64,000 nt of DNA, taken from assembly GCA_964234715.1 (NCBI GenBank), contig OZ174282.1; one strand, written 5' to 3'. The stretch is from Podarcis melisellensis. Taxonomy: Eukaryota. Below are positions 12,960 to 22,858 of the stretch, piece after piece (the stretch's first letter is position 1; every line of letters starts with the position of its first letter). A model generated the notes under the pieces. That model made no database searches and was not told where the DNA came from. It worked only from the letters and a program-made list of their open reading frames with translations. The position numbers and the translations under genes were made by a program.

Positions 12960-13745
12960 GCTGTATACACACTGTCCCTTTAGAGCATATTCGAAGACCA
13001 TCTGCCCCCTCAAAGAATTAAGGGCATTGTAGTTAGTTAAGGGTTGATGGGAATGGTAACTGTGAGGAGTTGTGCTGGTCCTGTGGGTTTCCGTGAGGCA
13101 AGGTCTGAGTCCAGTCCGAGGTCGAGGGAGCAGTATTGAGGCCGTCCATCAAAGCTGAAGCTAGGTCCAAAGCAGGGAGTTGGGAGAGGTCAGGAGATCT
13201 GCAGGGCAGGGTGCAGGCAGGAACTGGCTACCAACAACGTTACTCCCGCAACTTGGGACTGGGGCTGGCTGGCTTTTATCTGCCCCGAGGCATAGGGCGG
13301 CCTTGGTCCACAGGTGACTTGCCTCTCCTGGCCTGGAGGTGAGCCCTCCTCCTGCAGGAACTTAGTTCCCTCCGCCTCTCTGTCCTGAGCCTCTGCAGCT
13401 CAGGAGAGGCTGGAGGGTTACTGGACCCAGAGGCAACCTCAGCTTTCCCTGACGGGGCTGAGAGTGGAACACCTGCAGGCAATGGGTCCTCCATCACCTC
13501 AGGAGCCTGAGCAGACTCAGCTGGTGTCTGCACCTGAGGATCCAGCACAGGTGGGGACCCTTCAGGCTCATGCCCCAGCCCTGGCTCAGCTGGTTCTGGA
13601 GGTGGGGAATCCTGTGCAGGCTGGGATTCCTCAGGTTCAGCTTCCAAGTCCGAATCCCAGGCCATCACAGGAGTAAACTACAGTACCCACAATTCTTTGA
13701 GGGAAATAATGTTCTTTGAATGTGCTTTAAAGGCATGGTGTGTGA
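12960..13745. mobile_element. palindromic MITE split by a solo LTR
   Basis: 12960-13070 joined to 13675-13745 gives a copy of the family seen at 15036-15208. Confidence 0.7.
13071..13669 (-). mobile_element. solo LTR (probably Gypsy-type), 599 bp
   Basis: TG...CA termini with short imperfect IR; exact 5-bp TSD ggagt (13066-70 / 13670-74); GATAAAAG TATA-like box on the minus strand at 13280-13273; no AATAAA seen. Confidence 0.8.
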
Positions 13746-14015
13746 ATTGTAGCCACCAGATGATGTTGGACTACAGCTCTGATTTATCCTGAACCCCTGG
13801 CTACACAGGCTGGGCAGTTGGAGTCCAATATACCTGGAGGGCAGCTTTATAGGGCAGATGGGACTTGGTGGGCTCTTTGTGACACCTGCTGGGCTGATAG
13901 GTGCAGTTCTGCACTTTGGCCATGTGCAGTGATGGCGTTATAGCACAGCAGAAATCAGGCTTGCAGTTTCTCCTGTGTGCAAGCTGCAGTGGGGATATGA
14001 TGGAAGGATTAAGGG

Positions 14016-14053
14016 ATGAGCTTTCGTGTGCATGCACACTTCTTCAGATACAC
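14016..14053 (-). ncRNA. second hammerhead core on the opposite strand
   Basis: exact reverse complement of 14084-14121; 3' arm of helix I truncated to AU. Confidence 0.5.
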
Positions 14054-14218
14054 CCTGAATATGTGAATATTCTTCAGATATGTGTGTATCTGAAGAAGTG
14101 TGCATGCACACGAAAGCTCATACCAAGAACTAACTTAGTTGGTCTTTAAGGTGCTACTGGAAGGATTTTTTTTTTCTTTTGACTATGGCAGACCAACACG
14201 GCTACCTATCTGTAACTG
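14019..14218 (+). mobile_element. Penelope-like element remnant (pseudo-LTR with inverted 5' copy)
   Basis: 13-bp TSD ggattaagggatg (14006-18 / 14219-31); 38-bp perfect IR; tail ...taaggtgctactgg...cagaccaacacggctacc. Confidence 0.85.
14084..14123 (+). ncRNA. minimal type I hammerhead ribozyme motif (Penelope-associated)
   Basis: GUAU-CUGAAGA-A-GUGUG(CAUG)CACAC-GAAA-GC-UC^AUAC; helix I GUAU/AUAC; palindromic AGCU helix III. Confidence 0.7.
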
Positions 14219-15035
14219 GGATTAAGGGATGGGGGAAGAGTCTGATTGCTGTTGCCCTACAGCTTGGTTTGAGGACCCCCCCACTTCAGAGGTACATTTT
14301 GATAAGTAGCGAAATTTCCTCTGTGTGCATGTTGCAGTTTCCAAGCATTATTAACTTCTTGTATCTGCCCCTCAGTTTGTATGAGAACAGTTGGTGCTTT
14401 CAACAACAACAAAAAAGAACCCTCCCCACCTGACAGAGACGGAGGCACTAATTTCCACATGTCTCCTCCTCAATCGAGATTATCTGCCCCCATCAATAGG
14501 AGCCCCTGGGGGAAAGAAATGGCTGTTTAAAAGCAATTCAAAGGAGCCCAAAGTAATTTATGGGAAATTAGGGTTTTGTCGCCGTCGGAGCATGGCAGGT
14601 TCCTCCCCTCGCTGTCTCGTTTTCCTGAGACTGGAGCCATAATAGGCAGCTCATGCCTCGCTCTGGAGGTGTCTCGCAAGGTGATATTTTAAACAAATCT
14701 CTCCTGGAGTCCGATAAGAAGAATCATTAATCCCTGATGAACAGGGCTGCGATTAAAGGCAGGAGAAAAGGAGAGGGACCAGGTTGGAGGGAGGGGTGGT
14801 GAAGGGGAGGAACTGACTCCTTTTGTTCAAGCTCAACGGAGCTAGAAAACAATTTTAATGAAAAATTTAAATAGACACCATCCATCCGCTGGTCGGCTGC
14901 CTGATTTGATTGTGGGTTTTATTGGGTTTGATTAGGGCTTCTGTGCTGGGAGGGGGGCAGCCTAACATGTCTGCACATCTTCCTAGCTACAACTAGAGCC
15001 CTCCCATTTACTCTGCTTTGTCAGGTTAAACAATA

Positions 15036-15208
15036 AACACATTAATATATCTTTAAAGCACATTCGAAGCACATTCTTTCCCTCAGAGCATTCTGGACCT
15101 TGTAGTTTGTTAATGGTTGTAACTCTGTGAGGGGTAAACTACAGTGCCCAGAATTCTTTGAGGGAAAGAATGTGCTTTGGATGTGCTTTAAAGGTTTAAT
15201 GTGTACAC
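15036..15208. mobile_element. palindromic MITE (superfamily uncertain)
   Basis: ctttaaagcacattc..aagcacattctttccctca / tgagggaaagaatgtgctt..gatgtgctttaaag; related copy at ~45765-45920. Confidence 0.75.
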
Positions 15209-16125
15209 AGAACTGTGGTGTTCCATTCACATCTAGAGTAAGGCAGGAATGCCTTTGGATAGCCTTGGACTCCCCCACCCTCTGCCTAACCTACCACATA
15301 GGATTGTTGTGAAAATAGAACAGGGAGTGGAAAACCAGGTATGCTACCTTGTGCTTCCTTGGAAGACAGGTGTGTGTGAAGGGGGATCTAAATATAATGG
15401 ATAAATAAAACAAGCTCCTCAAATTTGGCGGAGACATCACCGATTAGCACACATCTTCATGAGGCTATCTTTGCACTCTCCCCCTTAGAATTTAAGAGGA
15501 ATCTGCATTATTAAGAAAACCTGGTGCCACATGCTCACACATACTGACTACAAAACACTGTGGGCTATGAAAAAGGAGAACAAGCAGCCTTTTCTGGAGA
15601 GAGTTTAAGGATAGGGAACAGAGATGTAGACTCACTGAGCACAATCCAGTGGGAACTTCTCTTCTAGTCTCGGTGAAATGAACAGGAGCTGTGAAAAAAG
15701 AATTCTGTTTGTATCATGTTTGGGAAGCAGGAAGTCATCGTTTTGGCCCCTTATTAAAAGGAATCACAGTAATTGAGAAGTGTCGTCCCTTAAAGCTACT
15801 GCATGAAGCTGGAAACCCTCAGTTTCTCTTTAGGCTTATGAGTTATTTAACAGCATTGCCATTACATTTTTATCTCACCTTTCTTCCAACATGGAGCATA
15901 AGGAGGCATTTGTGTGGTTCCTAGGAGCTTCAGCAAGCTGGTGCTGACCTCCCATGGCTTCAGGTTAGGATCCAGCATGTGGTATTTTCCAAGAAGCTCC
16001 AGGATACCTTTGGGTTGTGGGTAACATCATGTGTACTTGGCTTCAAACACCAGCAATGGGCTTGTGCTGGAGCTGGAGTAGGTGGTAACATGTGTACAGC
16101 CTGAGCCAGACCATTGCTCCATCTA

Positions 16126-16491
16126 CCGTATTTTTCGCTCCATAGGACGCACCGCCCCATAGGACGCACCTAGTTTTTTTGGGGGGGAAATAAAGAATCC
16201 CCCCCCCCAGGCACGGGGCTGGCGCGGGGGAAGCCCGAGCTGCTCCCGACCCCAGCCCCTAGAACAGCCTGCTATCCACAAGCCTAGGGAGCAGTGCTGG
16301 TCTCCCCAGGCTTGCGGAGAGCTGCGCAAAGCCCGGGCGCACTCTTCAGTGCGCCCCAGGCTTCAGAATGCACTGACCCCTCTCGCTCTCCAGGCTTCAG
16401 CGAAAGCCTGTATTTGCCCCATAGGACGCACACACATTTCCCCTTCATTTTTGGAGGGGGAAAAGTGCGTCCTATAGGGCGAAAAATACAG
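16126..16491. mobile_element. Tc1/mariner (Tc2/pogo-like) non-autonomous element
   Basis: TA TSD on both sides; 27-bp TIR ccgtatttttcgctccataggacgcac (3 mismatches); internal repeats of ccataggacgcac; GC-rich hairpin interior. Confidence 0.9.
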
Positions 16492-16499
16492 TAGTTCTC

Positions 16500-16790
16500 T
16501 ATCTGGCCCTGTGAGCTCTCTCCAGGCCACACCCACCCTCCACAGGCCACACCCCTCACAGGCCCTGCTTTGCATTACAAGCATTTTTGCCTAGTGGGAG
16601 TATGTCCTTGAACTCTTCCTTGTCTGAATAGAGGACAGAGTAGCAACTGGCTGACTTTTCAAATGTGAAACTTACACTTGTTACTCCACCCACTTTTTGT
16701 TTCTGGCCCCACCCGCCACTTGCATTTGACTTGTGGAGAGTTGCCCAGAAGGGAGTTTGGTCCCCAGGCTGAAAAAGTCCCCCACCAAGA
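16500..16790 (+). mobile_element. old hAT-like MITE fragment
   Basis: shares sequence and the end ...ggctgaaaaa.t.ccccacc with ~47285-47402 and ~58561-58888. Confidence 0.6.
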
Positions 16791-17307
16791 GCTGGCCTGC
16801 CCAAAAGGCAGATGAGATGGCTGCCTCAGGCGGCATGCCCAGGAAATAGCAAAGCCCCACTGCCTGGCGGGAGACCCCTCTCCTCTGTCCGGAGGTGGGG
16901 GAGAGATTCCACAAGGGTTTCTCCTTGAGTTTTCCCCCCACAGCCCATTGCTGAGGTGACAGCAGGACATTTCAGCTCAGGTCCCCAAACACCTTGGGTT
17001 GCCCCTATCCCCCATCCCCATGATCTACATGAGTTTTAAAGAGAGGGTCTTTCCCAGCCCTATCAGCCATTGCCAAAGATTGAACCTAAGGACCTTCTGC
17101 ATGCAATGCATATGTTCTGCTACTGAGCTACCACCCTGACTTTAGAGTTTTGAAACAAATGGAGTCTTTTCTTTAATCAGTCAGCACTCTCTCAATGATT
17201 TTATGGTTTTCAACATACCAGATGCTAAATACCAGCAAGAACCTCTGGAATCTTGCTAGTGCTTTGCACAGAGTGAGGGTGATGCCCAACCTTTGTAACA
17301 AGGCAAT

Positions 17308-17460
17308 AGCTCAATATTGTCTACACTGATTGGCAGCAGTTCTCCAGTATTTCAGCCGGGGTGTGTGTGTTCCCAGTCCTTCCTGGAGATGCTGGGGATT
17401 GAACCTTGGACGTCTTGTATGCAAAACAGATGTTTCACCACTGAGCTACAGCCCTTCCCC
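17308..17460 (-). mobile_element. tRNA-derived SINE (Squam3-like)
   Basis: minus strand: gggctgtagctcagtggt (A box)...ggttcaatcccc (B box)...ctgccaatcagtgtagacaatattgagc; further copies at ~17045-17132, 17770-17910, 21960-22128, 41372-41545, 61745-61822. Confidence 0.75.
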
Positions 17461-18761
17461 ACTCCACCTGTTGTGCTAAGAATGCCCCCTTAACCTCTGG
17501 TTTTCTTCTCTTGCTCCTCCCCTGCTGAAACAGTCTGCTGCTCTTATCAACGTTCTTTTAATTCCCCTCAAAACACCTACAGATGTTTCGCGCACAAAGG
17601 GCCTTCTAAATTCACCTTGAATTTCACATTCAGGCAAGCAGAGATGTATGAAGATCTCCTGCCAAATTCCATGAAGGTTATCTTTTAAACTTCCTGCAGA
17701 GGACCTACAAAGAGGAGGCTGACTTTTACCAGTCTGGGGTAATTTTCTACTTAGCCTAGAATTGCCTCCTCCGGCTGTCTGTGGTTCTCCAGGGTCTCAG
17801 GGTGAGACAGGTCTTTCCTGACACCTGGCTACTATGTAAACTCTTTTTAACCAGAGGTGCCGGAGACTGAACCTAAGTGCATGAGCTCTGCAACTGAGCC
17901 ATGCTCTCCCCCCGTGTTATGCCAGCACAGCACCCTCCCAGTTGGCTTCTGTAGGTCACATCCGGTGATTTCAGAGTTAAAAGGGGCTGCGATGGCAAAT
18001 GGATTTGCCACCGAGCACTGTGGAGTCAACGGTTGTTTTCTCCTTCCTTCCTGGTCCTGAATGTCCCTGCTTTGCGCCAGGCCCTTTGGCACCCATTCCC
18101 CTCTATTCTGTCCCAGCAAACTGCTCGGCGTTTTAAGGTTGTGTGCGTGTGGATGTGTGTGCCGCTTTGATTTGTGCTTTGTGAATCACACGCGTGCAGC
18201 CCAGAGTTGTGACAGAGGCTGTGTTTAATCTCTCACTCTTCACAAAGGGAGCGGGGATAGGAGGCGATTAGTGGGATGAGAGCTTCTTTTTGAAAGTCAG
18301 AAGCGCTGGGTCTTGGCGAGAGAATTAATGAAGCCGTTGAATTATGGATGGACTTTGAGAAAGTAAACACATCCAGAGCAGGTTGGGACTGGCAATGTAG
18401 CGTAGCTTGGTGTTCCATCGTCTGGACCTCTCTTTCTCTCCGCTGCCTTCATCCTCTTTCATATTAAGCTTCTTGTAGCTTAGCAATGCAGCTTAGAGCA
18501 CAGGGGAGGGCATGTTTTATTCCAGGAAGATGAGGAAAGGAAAATCCATATAGAAATGATTTGAGGTTACAATTGCATTCACTCTTTTTCAATTCAGCCT
18601 ACATCTGGAAATCTGAGAGAGAGACTGTGTTGTTGTTGTTTTGTCTGCTTATTCCTAATCAGAACTTCACAAAATGTTCACCGATGCACTTTTAGGGGAG
18701 AAAACAGCGCCCCACCCAATTTATATATTGTAGAGAGATGGAGGTTGGTTCGTCCGGATCA

Positions 18762-19310
18762 CATACCCTCCAAGTGTCTTGATTTTCCAGGGAAGGTCAC
18801 AAAATTACATAAGCCGTTCTGGTTTCTGATCCCAGAATGGCTCGCTTTTCCTTTTTCCTACACTCCACATCTCGTAGAACAATTAGAAGCAGTGTGTGGG
18901 TGTAAAAACGGAGTCCCGTTTATCCTAAAAATAAGATACCCACACCAAATGGAGGAAATGTTGAAGCTGGCATACAAAGCCCTTCCTATAATTTCGAAGG
19001 GAAAGGTAACCAATCCACTTCAAATTCTTCAGTTGCAAGGCTTCTGCAGCCAGCCGTTTTTGGGGGAACAAGGGAGCAGAGTTGGTTCCTTTATCTGTAG
19101 AAGGTGTTGCACACTATCCCTTCCTTTGCACATTTTTTCTTTACAACAACCCTGTGAGGTAGGTGAGGTAGAGAGGTTGTCATTGGGTCAAGGTGACCGA
19201 TGTAGATGAGTATATGATGTCTTATGTGTTTGGGAGATCAAACGCCAGAGAAGCTTCCTGATATAGAATAGAATGTTCCTATTTTCACTGGAGAAATGTT
19301 GGAGGGTATG
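18762..19310. mobile_element. hAT (Blackjack-like) MITE ends enclosing unrelated sequence
   Basis: TIR cataccctccaa / ttggagggtatg (12/12); no clean 8-bp TSD. Confidence 0.55.
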
Positions 19311-19314
19311 TGAT

Positions 19315-19750
19315 CAGGGATGTCCAACACACTAGCCAAGGGCTACATGCGGCCCTCAATGACTTTTTGGCAGCCCTCACACTGCCTTTCCAAAGCCAGG
19401 TAAGCAAGGCGCTTGGCTTTGGGAAGGAGGCATGAGGGCTCTGATATGGTCCCAGAGTCCTCCATCGTCTTCCTCAAAGCCTAGTTAGCACTTTTCCAGC
19501 TTTGGGAAGAAGTTGGGAGGATTCTAGGACCTTGTCAGACGCATGCAGAGCCTTGTCAGAGCCTTGTGTCTCTTTCCCAAAACCTGGCACCTCACTTATC
19601 TGGCTTGGGAAAGGCAGCATGAGGGCTGGGAGTGGGTGGAAACAACCCACTCCTTGCTCCTCTGCAACAAGGCAGCGTGTGGCCTGGTTGCTGGTTCCAT
19701 GTTGTAGGACTCTTGTGGCTCACTTGGTATGAAAAGTTGGACAATCCCTC
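19315..19750. mobile_element. hAT-type MITE with palindromic interior
   Basis: TIR cagggatgtccaac / gttggacaatccct; internal IR 19371-19463 vs 19516-19628. Confidence 0.6.
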
Positions 19751-20085
19751 GAGGACTCCCCCCCCCCCCAATGACTCTGCTTGTAAAAAGAGGTCAAACC
19801 AACTGGAGAAGTTTAACCAGGCAGATTTCCTACTTTTATGGAAATTATCTGGGTGGTGGCTCTTCTCAGTGATGACCATGGACTGTTTTGGAAGGGTTAT
19901 CTTTTTGCCAACCCTAAGAAATGTACCAATCTGGGTGATTGGAGGGTGTGTGGAGTTATGAATGAGAGGTAGGAGGAGGAGGCTGTAGTGGATCTAGATT
20001 CCAGGAACTGGACATTGAGACAGTGGGAACTGCTTTACTGCTAAGTATTGACTTGGGTAGGGAAATGGTCCAGACTAGGTTTTGA

Positions 20086-20373
20086 GTGCTCACTGGAAGG
20101 ACAGATAGTGAAGCTGAGACTCCAATACTTTGGCCACCTCATGAGAAGAGAAGACTCCCTGGAAAAGACCCTGATGTTGGGAAAGATGGAGAGCACAAGG
20201 AGAAGGGGACGACAGAGGATGAGATGGTTGGACAGTGTTCTCGAAGCTACCAGCATAAGTTTGACCAAACTGCGGGAGGCAGTGGAAGACAGAATTGCCT
20301 GGTGTGCTCTGGTCCATGGGGTCATGAAGAGTCGGACAAGACTAAATGACTAAACAACAACAACAACAACAAC
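20086..20373 (+). mobile_element. BovB (RTE) LINE 3' end
   Basis: SLEGQIVKLRLQYFGHLMRREDSLEKTLMLGK...RRGRQRMRWLD; (CAA)n tail; exact 9-bp TSD aggttttga (20077-85 / 20374-82). Confidence 0.95.
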
Positions 20374-20534
20374 AGGTTTTGAATGATGACTTTTGTTAAG
20401 TTATTTTAGTTTGCCCTTGCGCCTAACTCTTCAAATGCTTTTAGAAGTATCCCCTCTCCTCTACAATATAATCACAATAACTCTTCAGATGGCTGTTATA
20501 TACAAACCTTATTATGGCATGGTGTGGAAAAGGC

Positions 20535-21379
20535 AGATAGAGAGAAGCTGTCTTCTTTGTCTCTTAATGCCAGAACTTGGGGGCATTCCACGAAGCCGAA
20601 TGTTGGAAGATTCTGTGTAAACAAAGCGAGGCACTTGTAGTTGAAATGTGGAATTAGCTACCATGGGATGCAATCATGGCCACCAACTTGGACAGGGAGA
20701 TTAGGCAAATGAGTAGAGACTATAGGCCATCAATGGCTACTCCCCAGGATGGCTATGTTCCCCCACCACTGTCAGAGGCAATATGCCTCTGAATCCCAGT
20801 TGCTGAGAACGACAAGTGGGGAGAGAGCTATAATAATAATAATAATAATAATTTATTATTTGTACCCCGCCCATCTGGCTGGGTCTCCCCAGCCACTCTG
20901 GGCGGCTTCCAACAAAGATGAAAGATACACTAAAATGTCACATATTAAAAACTTCCCTGAACAGGGCTGCCTTCAGATGTCTTCTAAATGTCAGGTAGAT
21001 GTTTATCGCTTTGACATCTGATGGGAGGGCGTTCCACAGGGCGGGCGCCACTACCGAGAAGGCCCTCTGCCTGGTTCCCTGTAACTTGGCCTCTCGCAGT
21101 GAGGGAACCGCCAGAAGACCCTCGGAGCTGGACCTCAGTGTCCGGGCAGAACGATGGGGGAGGAGACGCTCCTTCAGGTATACTGGACCAAGGCCGTTTA
21201 GGGCTTTAAAGGTCAGCACCAACACTTTGAATTGTGCTCGGAAACGTACTGGGAGCCAATGTAGGTCTATGGTACTTTTGTCCCACTTGTGGACTTCTCA
21301 GAGGTGCATCTGGTTGGCCACTGTGACAAAAGGATGCCTGACTAGATAAGTCTCATCCAGCAGCAAGGCTCTTCTTATG
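20535..21379 (+). mobile_element. CR1 LINE 3' end, interrupted by L2
   Basis: gaatgttggaagattc...ggccaccaacttgga...gcatctggttggccactgtg...ctcttcttatg tail, continuous across the L2 insert. Confidence 0.8.
20832..21266 (-). mobile_element. young L2 LINE 3' end
   Basis: open LVLTFKALNGLGPVYLKERL...RTLRSS...RAFSVVAPALWNALP...FRRHLK; (TTA)n tail; possible ctat TSD. Confidence 0.92.
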
Positions 21380-22794
21380 CAACGTTTAGTAGAACCGAAT
21401 TTTGTTTTGTTCTGACTCTGCCTAAACCCTTATTGTTCACCCTACACCTAATTGCAGTCCCCCACTATCCAGTACAGAGAAGTGGTTGGTCCAGCCAAGA
21501 TTAAAGGTCTGCTGGGAGTGGAGACAGTCAGGGAATAAGGATGCTCACTTGATGGCTGTGGTGAGGATTGAGAGGGGGGGAGGTGGCTCAGCAGGCTTGC
21601 ATGCCTCCCGTCCTCTCTTGGTGCAGGCTTCAGCCCCTGCTGTGGCTGCAGGCAGCTCATCCGAGCATCTCAGCTTTCAGGAATGTGAACTGAATGGGTG
21701 ATGTGAACGCCATCACTTTCAATGACTACCTCACAGGCCTGTTTTGAAGATGTGTGACATAACCGTAAGCCATTTGTGCACTGAAAAGCGTGATAGAATT
21801 ACTTAATGTCTGCCCTTCTGACCCCAATAAACCACTGCTGAGGTGCTGATTTAAAACGAATGGCACAATATATCTTAACTTAAATATATCCAGCTCCATT
21901 TTCAGTTTCTTGGGCCTTTCATCGCTATCCATTTTCATTGTTGTGTTTGGTGTACAAATGCAGGACGCTGCCTTACATTAAGTCAGACAATTGGTCCATG
22001 CACCTCAGCATTTTCCACACTGACTGGCAGCAGTACTCCTCCAGGGGTCTTTCTCAGTCCCATTTGGAAATGCCTGGGACCGTCTGCATACAAAGCAGAT
22101 GCTCTACCACTGAACTAAGGCATTTTCCTGAAGTCATTGAGCCTTGTAGCCTGTTACTGGTGGCAGCTGATGATGCTGGAAGGAACTATCAGCGAGTCAC
22201 GTCTCTGGCGCCTGGGGGATGGGCTGGATCTTGTGGGTAAGAGAGCTTGAAGGGAAATATCATGCCTTAGCTATTCATTAGCCTATGGAAACTCCATTCC
22301 AGGTGTGCAGGCCCCATTCTTGGTGAGCTCCTTGGGATATTCTGCCCAGGTGTCAACATGTAACTGAAGGTCTTGCTTAGAGTCCCCCAGGGGACCTTTT
22401 AGATTCAGGAATACAGATGGAGGTGAGCTGGAATGGATGGACTTTATTCAGGGGCAATTATTCTGAAGTTTCTTAATCTTTCAGAGTGCCCAAGCACTTC
22501 TTTCTCCACAAATATTTAGGTGAGTTCTGAGAGGAGAAAAGCAGGTCTTCTCCTGAGAGCTGAGGGATATGTGAGGAGTTGGTTTGTCCACTGAACCAGC
22601 TTTGCTACCTCAGAACTAGGAATGGAAGAAGGGAGTGATTTCCATCTTGACCTGTATTCATCACAATAAGTGCTGTTTCCATTCTGCTGCAGTTTGGTTT
22701 CTTCCAAGCACTATATTATTCATATTGCTGGTTGCAAATTAACATGTCATATATCTATTTATGTAACTTATGTTCATTTCAATATAAAGGAACC

Positions 22795-22834
<40 letters not shown>

Positions 22835-22858
22835 GTAACAACAACAACAACAACAACA
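22795..22858. repeat. (AAT)n(AAC)n microsatellite
   Basis: direct reading. Confidence 0.97.

Noticed and set aside
7349-21904. 18/19 inverted match tgaaaatggagct(t/g)gatat between 7349-67 and 21886-904
   Set aside because: About one such match is expected by chance in a 64-kb self-comparison, and it does not extend.
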